From Sphyrna mokarran (Eukaryota): a stretch of 64,000 nucleotides of DNA. The number at the start of each line of letters is the position of its first letter. The stretch's first letter is position 1. The stretch is taken from assembly GCA_024679065.1 (NCBI GenBank), contig JAGIQG010000036.1, forward strand, positions 12,648,001 to 12,712,000, read 5' to 3'. Below are positions 35,703 to 47,700 of the stretch, piece by piece. The notes under the pieces are model-generated. The model ran no database searches and was not told the origin of the DNA. It saw only the letters and a list, made by a program, of their open reading frames with translations. The position numbers and the translations under genes were made by a program.

Positions 35703-37713
35703 ACCATGTGGATATATTGGGTGAGAGTATGTATGGAGCTTCTCACTACTGAATGGGCAGTACTGAGTGAGTGCTAAACCTTTTGAACTGATGTTCACAG
35801 GGAAAGGGGGTCACTACTGAGGGGGAACTGCACTGTCGAATGGGTAGCTTTGAGAAGCTCTGTTTCACAAAGGATACCATTGTAAACCTAGGCAACACTG
35901 GGTCCTCTGGTGTGACATCTCATGCACAATATTAGAAGTGAAGCATTTATTACAAATAATTTGGTGGGTACAATTCTGTCAGGTAGCCTCAACTAGTTGC
36001 AAACACACAGACTGTTCAGAATGGTCCTCATCCTCCCAGTTCAGCTCCCCCCTTCCCTACGCCCCCTCACGAAATTTTCCAAATTTCCTTAAAATGCATT
36101 GACGTTCTTCATCCCAATTCACTCTTTTTGAGCATTCTTACCATTCTTCGGCAAAAAAAACCCACTCAGGAAGTATCGATAATGATCTTATATTTAGAAA
36201 ACGAGGGGGAAACTTTAACCCGTTTTTCTCCCTGCCGCTGGCACCAGACCTGCTGAGCTTTCCCAGAATCCTCTTGTTTTGTTCATATTCCAGCATCCGC
36301 AATTACTGATATTTAAGAGTTCTGTATCCGTATAAACAGAACCACTCCGATGCGTCTACCTTTTTGAAAAGCGACATGATTTTAAATGATTCTATTCGTT
36401 CACTATCAATCCGTTGTTTCCCGAGAATAGAGTCCCAGATTGTTCTGCTAAAATATCTCCATTTTAAATGTTTCAGCAAATTCTCCTTGACCCCTCACAT
36501 CCTTTTTTGTAAACCCCATACCATCATTGTCCACATTATTCTAAATGTCGATCCAAATAGTAGAGTTTTACCATAATGTTATCGGGTCAATTTCACCTGT
36601 GTAACATTTGTAGTTAACAATAGATTCATACTTTGCATTGTTTTCAAAAGAGCAAAGGGAAATGCACTTACTTTACTCATTTCAAAATCGCATTTATTAC
36701 AACTAGTTCCGTTCCGTTTCTCCATTCAACTTCTTCATTTTCTGCTTGGTACTTCTTGCAACCGATGCAAACAGAAGCCTCCCCCGACGTTTATATGTAC
36801 ATTAAGCAGCTAAACAATAAAACCAAAATGGTGGATCTCAGAATCGTTTAGTTTGAGGACGGGTGCGCTGTGACGCGGGACTGTTTGAAAAGAAAGGCAC
36901 AGAAATGCCACACATCAAAATCACAGATGGGTTGGAATAGAAATCTGAGACAGAGTATGCATGGTTTGCTGTATAAAGGACTTGTGTCTATTTGAGAGAA
37001 GGAAATGGGTAGTTCCTGACATCCAGCGCGTTAGAGATATAGTGAAGATAATGAAAGAAGGGCACAGGCAGAGGAAGCACGAATGACAGGGAAAGGTCAG
37101 ATAAATGGTGGAATAAAAGGAAGAAAAGAAGCCAGGAAGTTTAGTGGAAATGAAGGGCGGCAAGATTAATGGCTGGATATCTTCCTCCTGCTCCCGTGTA
37201 ACAAGTCAATGGATGAATGGCCGCCTAAATATGTCCAAGAGGATTAAAGTCTCAATGACCACCACCTATTTACACAACAACCGGGATTGGTGTAGGCCCT
37301 GTTTCTGTCCTTATACAACAAGCTCAAGAGAGATTTAGTCTCCCTCCCTCCTCTCCGCTTTCCTGTGAAACAAGTGTAAGGGAGTGACCAGACCTTGCTC
37401 TTCCTGTAGAACAAATTGGATGGGCTGAATGACATCTTCCAGTTCTTTTGTAAAAGAATTTCTCAGTTCTTTTGTAAAAAGGTTAATTGAGCTTAATAAG
37501 TTTCCAACCTAACTGGCATATGAAGGTGAATAGTCTCCTCCTGTTCCTATCCAAGATGCTTCAGCAGATGAATCACCGCTAGTTGCTCCCACAAAAGAAA
37601 GGATGAAGTACTGGATAACATTCTCCTACTTTCCAAAAATCTTAATAGTGTTCGATATCTCAACCTCAAATAACGCTACGATATGAAGAGGCGGGGCTTT
37701 GCAGCACTCGAAC

Positions 37714-37741
37714 TCTTTTTGTATGAGCATAAATTACCGTG
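37714..37741 (-). promoter_or_regulatory. D-beta 5' 12-RSS
   Basis: On the plus strand: nonamer TCTTTTTGT 37714-37722, 12-bp spacer, heptamer TACCGTG 37735-37741. Confidence 0.95.
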
Positions 37742-37754
37742 GGGACAGGGGGGA
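37742..37754 (+). CDS. TRBD: TCR D-beta segment GGGACAGGGGGGA
   Basis: Core GGGACAGGGGG is the D-beta sequence conserved across jawed vertebrates. Open in all three frames (GTGG/GQGG/DRG). Confidence 0.98.
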
Positions 37755-37793
37755 CACAGTGATAAAATGCAATGCAGCCTCTGTACAAAAACC
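37755..37793 (+). promoter_or_regulatory. D-beta 3' 23-RSS
   Basis: CACAGTG 37755-37761, 23-bp spacer, ACAAAAACC 37785-37793 (perfect consensus). Confidence 0.97.
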
Positions 37794-38196
37794 TCGAAGA
37801 ACACCCCTACTGGCAGATCAGCAGAAGATCAGTGACAGCGGAGTGAAAGCGGTGGACATCTCATGGCGATATGATAGGAACGTCGGAAAGGGCTTTGCAC
37901 AATTGTCCGTCCAATGCATGTTTCTGTAAAATGAATCTTTTTCTGTTATTTGTGGAAACACACAAGGCACTCTACAAGGACTCCTTCAGTATTCTGGCCA
38001 ATATTGATCGTTCAACTAACATAAAAATGACCTGATCACACACATCACTGCTAGTTGATTTGATGTCTTGGCGAAATCAGCTCCTGATCACTTGTTAAAA
38101 TATATTTGACTGCCTTCAAAATGCCTCCTCGTGCGTTGATAAGCACTGCACTATTGCCTAATAGGCCACGTTGATGTAAACCGATCTGCTGATGTG

Positions 38197-38244
38197 CTGG
38201 GACAACGGTCTATTTCGGGAGTGGCACCAAATTGACAGTATTAG
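38197..38244 (+). CDS. TRBJ: J-beta 1 (GTTVYFGSGTKLTVL)
   Basis: FGxG motif, GTAAG donor. Weak 12-RSS CGTTGATGT-12-TGATGTG (38169-38196). Confidence 0.92.
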
Positions 38245-38709
38245 GTAAGACATTTGACTTTTTTCTCTCTAATTGCTTGGCGGTGTGCATTCAACCTTCT
38301 AAGAGACCGTTCTCAGTGTCCCCACTTCTTCAGAAAGAGATAATATCTGTTACATCCTCCAGCAACAATAATTCGATCTATGTCCAGTTAATACACTTGG
38401 AGACGATTGTGGCGATTGGATCAAACAGAAATGGCGAAGCGGCCATACTATGAATACAGACACGACCTGTAACTAACTGCAAATCTAAAGGATGCTGTCA
38501 AATTAGTAGATTAAATTTTGATCCATTGAGATCAGATTGCAGGGCAAGGTAGAATCCACAGATTAAACTGAAACATATAGCTTTCATATATTAATATGAA
38601 CTCATCTAGGCTAGAACGGAATTCATGTAGTTCAACTGAATCATTCAGATTGGATACGGGCAGAATGGAAAACAATTGAGCCTTTTTGAGAGGATGGGGT
38701 GTCACCGTG

Positions 38710-38757
38710 CGACAGATGTATATTATTTTGGGCAAGGAACAAAATTAACAGTTCTGG
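38710..38757 (+). CDS. TRBJ: J-beta 2 (TDVYYFGQGTKLTVL)
   Basis: FGxG, GTGAG donor. RSS CTTTTTGAG-12-CACCGTG (38682-38709). Confidence 0.95.
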
Positions 38758-38930
38758 GTGAGTCAAATTTCGCTCTTATTTCTCGTTTATCTTCCAAGCG
38801 GTAATCGATAAGATGTTTAATTTTGCAACCTATGCAACATGAATCATGTCCACCTGCCTCGTAAATGTTTATCTCTAAACAGAGCAAACTCTCAGTAGGG
38901 AAGGAACAGAGACCTGTTCATGACTTAGAA

Positions 38931-38978
38931 TTGAACATTTAGTTTACTTCAGAGACGGGACGAAGTTGACAGTTTTGG
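38931..38978 (+). pseudogene. TRBJ: J-beta 3 pseudogene (LVYFRDGTKLTVL)
   Basis: J-like with an intact GTAAG donor, but FRDG instead of FGxG and no recognisable heptamer or nonamer upstream. Confidence 0.8.
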
Positions 38979-39534
38979 GTAAGGTGACAGCGTTCTTCCT
39001 ATTGATTAATGTACATGCCTAGATGCACTTAGATAATCGAAAGGACCAATATTCAGTATCTGAATATAAAAAGCCCAGCGCTGAATACATGGGCTAGGTT
39101 ATCATCCTCATGAATGCAGAACATGAAATGTTTATGCAAGTGAGGCATTTAAAATGACTAAACGAATTAGTAGAGTAGATTGAAGGAAAAGATTTACTGT
39201 TGACAAGGGCAGCCCAGAACATTTTGAGTTAGAAAAGGCCGTTCAATTCAACAAGTAGTGAGAGTCAGGAAATTGCGTCCCAAAAGCTATTGAGGGTTTG
39301 AAAATTCCAAACTCCCTATAGATAAGTGGAGGTAAGCAATGGTGCTTAATGTAGCTGAACCAAAACTAGATAATGGGGTTAAGTTACATTAATGATGTGA
39401 CAGGCTTAAATGGCCGCCTCGTATCCCTATGTTCCTACGTTTCTTAATGATTATTTATATAGCAAAATCTCCAGTAATACTGAACTCACAACCCACACTT
39501 AGAGGGGATTTTGCTACAGCCCTGTACCTCTGTG

Positions 39535-39584
39535 TTCTGCTAGTGAAGCTTATTTCGGAAGTGGGACAAAACTGGTCGTTTTAG
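39535..39584 (+). CDS. TRBJ: J-beta 4 (SASEAYFGSGTKLVVL)
   Basis: FGxG, GTAAG donor. RSS GATTTTGCT-12-CTCTGTG (39507-39534). Confidence 0.94.
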
Positions 39585-40225
39585 GTAAGTGAATACATTC
39601 CTAATGCTAGAAAAAGTTGTCTCAATTTACGAATTCATGCGGGTGGTGGAGGGAGTGAAAAAAAATCAGAATTTGGTTAATCAATTTCAACTTTACAGTT
39701 TACGACGACAGACAGGCTGATTTTGAGCTCGTTTCACTGTGGAAAATGAGTCAATATCTGACAGAATCTCTCAACCAAAGAGAACGAGCAGCAACGTAAA
39801 TGTAAACAAAATCATTTGGTCAATGAGGACAGAACAGTAAAATCATTTGGTCATGAGCAATGTCAGAAAGAATTTTGTTCACATAAAGTCTAGTGGAATT
39901 CTTAAAATATCTCCACCACAAAGTTGTTAGGATTGGAGGGATTTAGGGGAGGGCATGGAACTGAGGAAGGAGGATTCTCAATTGAAAATTTCAAATGATT
40001 CGCTGTTTCCTAGATAAGCCATGATCTAATTTAATATTAGAACAACCTCAGTGAGCTATATGGCTTCATAGTATTCCTATCAGGCCATATTCCATTATTA
40101 TTATGTTTTTAGACCCTCACGTTCCTTTGGTCCTACGTTCCTCTGTTTCCACTATTATGTATCATCCTCTCGGGGCACAGATCACAGAAAGGTTAGATGT
40201 TTTATAACAGGCATGAACCTTCGTG

Positions 40226-40275
40226 CTCTGGCAGCACTTACTATTTCGGAGCTGGGACAAAATTAACTGTTTTAG
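40226..40275 (+). CDS. TRBJ: J-beta 5 (SGSTYYFGAGTKLTVL)
   Basis: FGxG, GTAAG donor. RSS TGTTTTATA-12-CTTCGTG (40198-40225). Confidence 0.93.
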
Positions 40276-40406
40276 GTAAGTGTACGTTTAGATGAACATA
40301 ACGTTTATATGCATGGCTTTATCTACCTTCCAACCTAGTTATTTAGCTCCCAGCCTGTATATCTGATCAACATTGGTGTGTTTTAGTATTGTTGTTTAGT
40401 ATAGTG

Positions 40407-40460
40407 CAAGCGGGTATAACCCTCTGCATTTTGGGGAAGGAACGAAATTAACGATCTTGG
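40407..40460 (+). CDS. TRBJ: J-beta 6 (SGYNPLHFGEGTKLTIL)
   Basis: FGxG, GTGAG donor. RSS TGTTTTAGT-12-TATAGTG (40379-40406). Confidence 0.93.
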
Positions 40461-40718
40461 GTGAGTTCGATTTCTGTTTTTATTGAAGCAAGGGTCGTCT
40501 GTTTTGAGAAGATTTGAATGACTGATACTCGGAAATTTTGCAGCACTGTCAGGACTGCAGTATTCAGAGCACATTTAATTTCAATTAGATATCGCCTGTT
40601 AGTTCATAAATTGGCACTAACTTATAGTTATCTCACGCTAAGTGAAGACCTGTATCAAGAATGAGTGTTTGGAGCAGTAAGTATAGGGAGCGTTTTTGTG
40701 AAGTGACATGATGGTGTG

Positions 40719-40768
40719 GTACAATCAACCCTTGCATTTTGGAGACGGAACCAAACTGACTGTCATAG
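40719..40768 (+). CDS. TRBJ: J-beta 7 (YNQPLHFGDGTKLTVI)
   Basis: FGxG, GTGAG donor. RSS CGTTTTTGT-12-TGGTGTG (40691-40718). Confidence 0.94.
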
Positions 40769-41387
40769 GTGAGTGAGTTGATCAAAATATATCATTTAGT
40801 ACCTGGTAATTTATCTCAGCGAGGCACTTTACAAATCGGTTTAAAGAAAGGGCGGAAAATGAAATGTAGAAAGGCATTTAAAAGCGTACTATTGAAGAAG
40901 AAGCAACTGAGTAATAAACTGAATGGAAAGGAAGGGGTTGAAGGGAGAACGAGGGATGAATTGAGAACCACATATTGAGAAATATTGATAAAATAGAACA
41001 AACTAGAGCAGGGGGAAGACATCCTGACACTCCGACTTGTTCTGCAACTCAGAAAAATTATGGCTGATCTGATCTTGACTCAATTCCACTTAGCTCTCTT
41101 TGCCCCAGAACCCCAGACCCTGTAGTTCAATGTATGTATAATTATTTTAGTTTTAACTAAAATCTCCTCTCGGTTTTCAATCTCGAGATCGAGAGAAATT
41201 AATAGATAAAACTTGAAGAAGATGGTAAATTTTAGGGACATGGCTGCAGGAAAGGATAAAATGTAAAGCAAAACAAATAAAAGTATGGCGGGATGTAATA
41301 CAACGCAATATGATCCAGCTGTGTTCACTAACTCAGGTGTAGAGAGCTTAAAGGATTCCAGTTTTATTACAACCTTGTAACATAGTG

Positions 41388-41439
41388 TCAGGAAGCTATG
41401 ATTATACATTTGGTCCTGGCACAAGACTGGTTGTTTTAG
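41388..41439 (+). CDS. TRBJ: J-beta 8 (SGSYDYTFGPGTRLVVL)
   Basis: FGxG, GTAAG donor. RSS AGTTTTATT-12-CATAGTG (41360-41387). Confidence 0.94.
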
Positions 41440-42000
41440 GTAAGTTATATAGTGTTCAGATGCAGTATCAGACAATATCATTGCATGAAGAGTGATAAAA
41501 TAATGTCAAATTGCAATTTAAAATTATTGAAAGCCTTCTATTGAACGGAGTGTCTGATATATCAGTGCAGCCTGAGTTATATTTATGTTTAAGTTCCATT
41601 AATTTCTGCTGCAGAGCCCATATGGAATATCTAATATTTCCTGGAAGGAAAGAACAATTTTGTGTGTAGCAATCAGTATGAGATAACTGCCTTGAATAAT
41701 GGAGGCAGAATTCTCTTCCCCACTCCTAATGTTCCTGTATCAATTTAATGGTGGTAGACAAGAGATAACACCAGAAATCGATCATAAATGAAAAACATTA
41801 GAAAGAAGAGTTACTGATTATGGCAAGCATGTTTATTTATAAAGCACTTATAGAGGTTGAGCAGGAAAATTATATTTAACATTCATGAATCACTACGTAG
41901 TCTTAAGTTGAATAACGTATCCTATTCTGGGTGCCGCTAGTCAGGGAGGATCTCAAAGCTTTGAATATGTTGCGCAATCAGTTTAAGTTGAATAGTTGTA

Positions 42001-42247
42001 GTTGTAGTTGACACGCCAAATTTCTTTAGTGTTCTGAGAAAGTAGAAGGGTTGGTGGGTTTTCTTAATTATAATGTCGGAAAGGGGGAACCAGTATAGGT
42101 TGCAGGTGGTCTGGATGCCTAAAAACTTGAAGCTCTCGATCATTCCTACTTCACTCCCGCTGATATGGGGGGACGAAGTTGAAGATTGACGACTGAAAGG
42201 CAAGATTATTTTGAGTAAAATCGAGTACAAAAAGAATCATGATCAGA
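42001..42247. repeat. Near-identical direct duplicate of 44038-44284
   Basis: About 245 bp differing at only about six positions. Confidence 0.92.
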
Positions 42248-43514
42248 ATCATGATCAAGATCATACCTGAATTCAAACAATGTATTATTACAATGAACGA
42301 TGAGGCAAAATTGTAATTTATTTAATGGAATTTAACCGGTTAAAGGATGATTTCGACATATTATGGTGAAATGTTAGTTTGATAGAGACAACCTATGTAT
42401 GTTGTATAATCAATGACTTGAGCATGATCTAAAAATTAGAGGCACATCTTACAGGAGCAAAGTTGACAAATGTTTCTAAAGGCAAATGGTGTCCACATTG
42501 GAAAAAATATGACTCTCCTTAGAACAGAATATGTTAAAGAAAGTTTTGACTGAAGTCTCGACAATAATTGAATAAAATAAAATCAGAGCAACACCCATTG
42601 GCTGAAGTATCTGCAACTAAAGGGGGGCATATGTAAAGCAATTGATTACCTTGGAAATTTATCACCATTTGTGCACTGTTACCGGTCAGATACTTTAAAA
42701 ATCCCACCCTAAAACACCACAGACGTGGCCATACCACATAGATTGCCTGGGTTCAAGTAGGTGGCTTCCTATTATATTATCAAAGGCAATTATCGATAGA
42801 CAGCAAAGTTGACCTAGCCAGCAAAACTTTTATCCTGTGTACGAAGAGAAGTGCATGAATTGGCTAAATTCTTGAAAGGAAACTATTTGCTGTGTCGTAC
42901 AGGATAACGTTCAGTAAATATGTACTTAAACGTATTACAAAATCTCAGAATTGTAAGAACTTGGGGAGATTCAACTGAACAGCTGTTGAATATTGACTCT
43001 ATCAATAGATCCGAATGGGATTTGTACGAATATGGAATCATAAGAACACAAAAACTAGATCAAACCATTTAATCTTTCCAGTCTCTTTTAGCATTCAATA
43101 GATAATGGCCGATGTTCTCTCCAAGTCCAAATGCACATCTTTGCCCCAGAACCCTAAATATTTCTGTTTGCATAAAGTAAAATCGAACAGGGACTTAAAG
43201 GTTGTTAATAAGTAAGGGATGTCTTGCCATTTGCGGAAGACAGATGCAACTTATAGGAACTTATGCCCGTGTTTCGCTTCTGAAAGATATGGCCTTTATT
43301 TTGTTTTTAATTATGTCCCAGAGTGATAGGGCTTCAGTCTATGCAAAGTTTTCCTCTCCTCTTTTATCCTATCAATTCCTCTAAATAAAAAGTTGAAAGA
43401 TACCCCTCAACTTTCTAAGCATCGTTTCGTGTAATCGTTCCTGGTCATGGGTCAATTAAATTCCGAATCTGATCCTAGTAATTCAGCACTATTCCCCAAA
43501 GGCCTGCAAGCAGA

Positions 43515-44205
43515 TTGATTTGATTTGATTTATTATTGCGGCATGTATTAGTATACACTGAAAAGTATTGTTTCTTATGCGCTATACAGACAAAGCATAC
43601 CAGGCATAGAGAAGGAGAGGGTGACAATGTAGCGTTACAGTCATAGTTAGAGTGCAGAGAAAAATCAACTTAATACAAAATGGGCCCATTCAAAAGGTTG
43701 ATGACAGCAGGGAAGAAGCTGTTCTTGGGTCAGTTGGCACCGGGCCTCAGACTTTCGTATGTTTTTCCCGACGGAAGAATGTAGAAGAAAGTATGTCCGG
43801 TGTGTGTGTGTTGCGGGGGGGGGGGGGGTCCTTAATAATGATGGCTGCTTTTCCGAGATAGCTTGAAGTGTAAACAGAGCCAATGGTTGGGATGGGAGAG
43901 TGGTATGCCTGGTGGATTGGACTACTTGCATGACATTTTGTAGTTTCTTGCGGTCTTGGGCAGAACAGGATTTGTACCAAGCTGTGGTACAATCAGAAAT
44001 AATGCTTTCTATGGTGCATCTTTAAGTGTTGGTGAGAGTTGCAGTTGACACGCCAAATTTCTTTAGTGTTCTGAGAAAGTAGAAGGGTTGGTGGGTTTTC
44101 TTAATTATAATGTCGGAAAGGGGGAACCAGTATAGGTTGCAGGTGATCTGGACACCTAAAAACTTGAAGCTCTCGATCATTCCTACTTCACTCCCGTTGA
44201 TATGG
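43515..44205 (-). mobile_element. Rex1/Babar-like LINE 3' fragment
   Basis: Minus-strand ..INGSEVGMIESFKFLGVQIT.NL.W..IIKKTHQPFYFLRTLKKFG and AAIIIKDP motifs; (AAATC)n tail. Confidence 0.75.
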
Positions 44206-44469
44206 GGGGACGAAGTTGAAGATTGACGACTGAAAGGCAAGATTATTTTGAGTAAAATCGAGTACAGAAAGAATCATGATCAGAGGGAAATATATATTAG
44301 AAATGGCTGAGGCGAGAAGAGGGAGAGAAAGAAAAAGAGGAAGGAAGGCAGAGAGAGAGAGAGAGAGGATCGAAAGGAATAGTAATGAAAATGTAAGTTT
44401 AATAAAATCACCGTCTTAACATTTGTAAGAGAAATTTAAAAATGAAATATGGGATCAGCAATATAGAAA

Positions 44470-44762
44470 GAGCCCATTTGGCCCATTAGCACCGACAACA
44501 ATCCCACTTTGGTCCTTCCCCATAACCACACACATTTACCCTACGAATCCTCTTGACATTAAGGAGCAAATTAAGATGGCCAATTAACTGAATATGCACA
44601 TATATTTGGACTGTGAGAGGATACCGGAGCTCCTGGAGAAAACCCACGCAGGCACGGGCAGAACGTGCAAATTTCATACAGGCGTGACCCAAGCTGGGAA
44701 TTAAATCCGGATCCCCGGCGCTGTGAGGCAGCAGTGCCAACCACTGTGCCATCGCGCCCCCC
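44470..44762 (-). mobile_element. tRNA-derived V-SINE
   Basis: Reverse-complement tRNA head and V-core. Confidence 0.82.
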
Positions 44763-47700
44763 AACATATTCCATAATTTCTGCTATTAAGTTTGCTGATA
44801 ACAAATAACTCCCTGTGTCAAATGTGCCATCAGTGTTGATTTAAGCAATTTTATTGTCTACTGCTGTATCCTACAATTGTCTAATGCCCCTCAATATTCC
44901 AATCTTCAGTGAAGAAATCATAAATCTCTATGCACCTTGGAAAATATGTCGATAATAGCATTCCAAGCTAAATAAGCAGGGAAATATATTGAGATGTCCG
45001 AAGTAGGCTACTATGATGCAAAGGGCCGGGCAACTTTGACTGATTTCCCTGCTAGTGGAGACACTCAGATTAAAAGGACAACTTTTTGAAATTAGCGTTC
45101 GAGTGAAATCAAGATTTCTGTTTTCGCAGAGAGGCAAATAGAAATGTGGCGCCGACCTCCCCGCCACCCCATCCCACCCGTTCCCTCCCCACCAAAATAA
45201 GACAATATGTTCCATATTTATTTTCACCGACGTGGCCAGAGAAAAGCAAGGTTCGACAAGTAACCACTATTTTTAAAAGATAATAAACGGCTGCTGTACA
45301 GTTGACAACAGATGCAAATCATTGTCAACATTTTCAAAAAGGGAGTAGCATCCGTGTTAACTGCTCTCATTAAACATAACAAGCTACAGAAGAGCAGAAG
45401 AACATTCATTTCTTGACCCTATTTTGCCATTTAGCTAGTCCGTAAATGGCCTACATTGTAATTCCATCTAAGCACGTTTGTTTCTGTAATCATGAATACT
45501 CTTATGTAGCAAAAATATTGTATGTAATAAACAAAGATTAGTCAAGGGATTAAAAGATGAGACTTTGGATAGAAAACGGCTCTTGCCTTTTTTCACGAGA
45601 ATAGTTCGGTTGCACAAATATGGAGTTTAAACGCATGACGAGACATAATATAAAGTCTTGATTGAAAGCCAACATCAGTAGAATGCACCAAGCAGCTTAA
45701 CAATTGCACTCTGTATACTAAATGAATAAAGGGGGGTCAGTTGGCTTCTTCAGATGTGGAAATCATTAGCATTCATTTCCCATTCTCTGTTTACCTGAAG
45801 CAGATGTTACTGGGTTTGTTCCTTAAACAATTAGTACTTGTTGTAGGTACTAGGGAATGGCTGATTCAGTGAATAGTTGAGAGATAAGCACGTTGATTCG
45901 GAGAGGACTTACGTATAGGTGAGGACTGAGTAAAGACACTAGGTTTCATTACTCAGGTTAGTGAACTAAATGGGCTTTCAAATACAATCGAACTGCTTCA
46001 GAATCACTTTTATTATGCAGCGCAGTTCATTTGGCCCATCGTACCTCTGTAAGTGCACTAAGAGAGTTATTCCATTTGCATTGCCTGATACCTTTCAGCT
46101 TTGTTCTACAGCATTGTCCTTTACAGAGTAGGTGTAATGCTTTTGAAAGTTGCAATCGAACCTTCTTCTCCCAGTGATAAAGATAAAACATTTCTGGTCA
46201 TACTTATTCATGCATTAAAATAAAAAAGTCACCTCTCGCTTTTGGTAATGATAGTGTGTCCAGTTCACCAATTTATCTGCCAGAGAAACAACGTATCCAC
46301 TTTACCTCAAATGTTGTTTCTGAACGCGTCTATCAGATCTCCCTTTAACCTTTTTTCTTCTGAGGAGAAAAAATCCAAGCTTCTCCAGTCTATCTACGAG
46401 GACAGAAACCCCTCGATTCTATTCCGATAGATTTGCTCTGAACCCGTTCCAAATGCCTTTGGACCCTACGTCAAGTTCGCTATCCAGATAACGGAAATAA
46501 TTCGGTAGCTATGTTATTTCCAATTAGTCAAGATATAAATCAAAAGAACAAACATTCGAGTATTTTCTCCTCAAGTATATAGATATATTTGTGCTGCAAA
46601 CACTAAGTGGATTAATAACTGTAATACAAATGTTATTAACTGTGTCGTAATAACATAAAGTCGTCTTATTGAGTTGAAGAAAACCTTACAGTGCAGAGTG
46701 AGTTATTATATAGTTACTATTGTTGATTTGTTACTTTTCAAAGCTTCCATTTCTGGTGTTTAGCGATTAGTTAATTATAGGGTTTTGTGCATACGTTAAC
46801 ATGTTTAAAGGTGCGAACAGGTGAGATGGGACAATAATTTCAGGAATTAACTTTGTAGTTTATCAGAGGCGAAATATTATGTATTTGCAAGGTTTGTGCA
46901 CTTATCGAATTGTGGCCTATCTGCCTGATCCCCATTTCATTCTGTTGGTTGCTTTTCTGTTAGCTACCTGGACTCTGAACTGCGAAAACGCGCCGCCCCA
47001 CCCCCTAATACCCATTCTTCCTTTCTTCTTCTTCACAGCGTCCCAAATCACTTCTACTCCCGTCTTTCTACTCCGTTAAGAACCATGCCATCACCCCTTC
47101 TTTTTTTATCTGTCATATTTAGGCCATCTGCACATAATGCATACTTATATCAGTCGTCATCATTTTTCTGCCCGATTTCCTCTCGCACTGAGCATGTCCG
47201 AATGTTTCTTTTGCATTATCACAACAGCGTTACATAAATTAAGCAGTTCTTGGACTTTTTCTGAAACATTATGTCAAATTTTTGTCCATACGTTAGGAAG
47301 CTTTAAAAAAGCTGAAGATGAGGTTCATGAGAATAGTAACAGGGTTGAGGGACTTCAAGTATGTAGACAAACTGGAGAAAGTACGTGTGCTCTTCATAAA
47401 GCTGCAAATCTGAAGGGGCCATAGGCGATATTGTTCCATTTATAACCTGATTACAATAAAGTTATACCGGCAACTAGCCAGGAAGGCAGACAGGATGTCA
47501 AAGAAAATAGAACTGAAGACGCACAAGTGAAAAAATTCGCACAGGAATTAAACTTGGATTCAGGCTCTACTCAAATCGAAATCTTTTCAGAAATAATGCC
47601 ACATGGTGCTTAAGGCTCTGCTTTATTTCACCTACCTTACAAAATTAATACCTCCAGATAAACATGCAAAATATTGTCAACCCAATTCTGTCATCAGCAG

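Noticed and set aside
46781-46915. GGTTTTGTG/GGTTTGTGC nonamer-like motifs in the J-C intron
   Set aside because: No heptamer at 12 or 23 bp and no J coding sequence.
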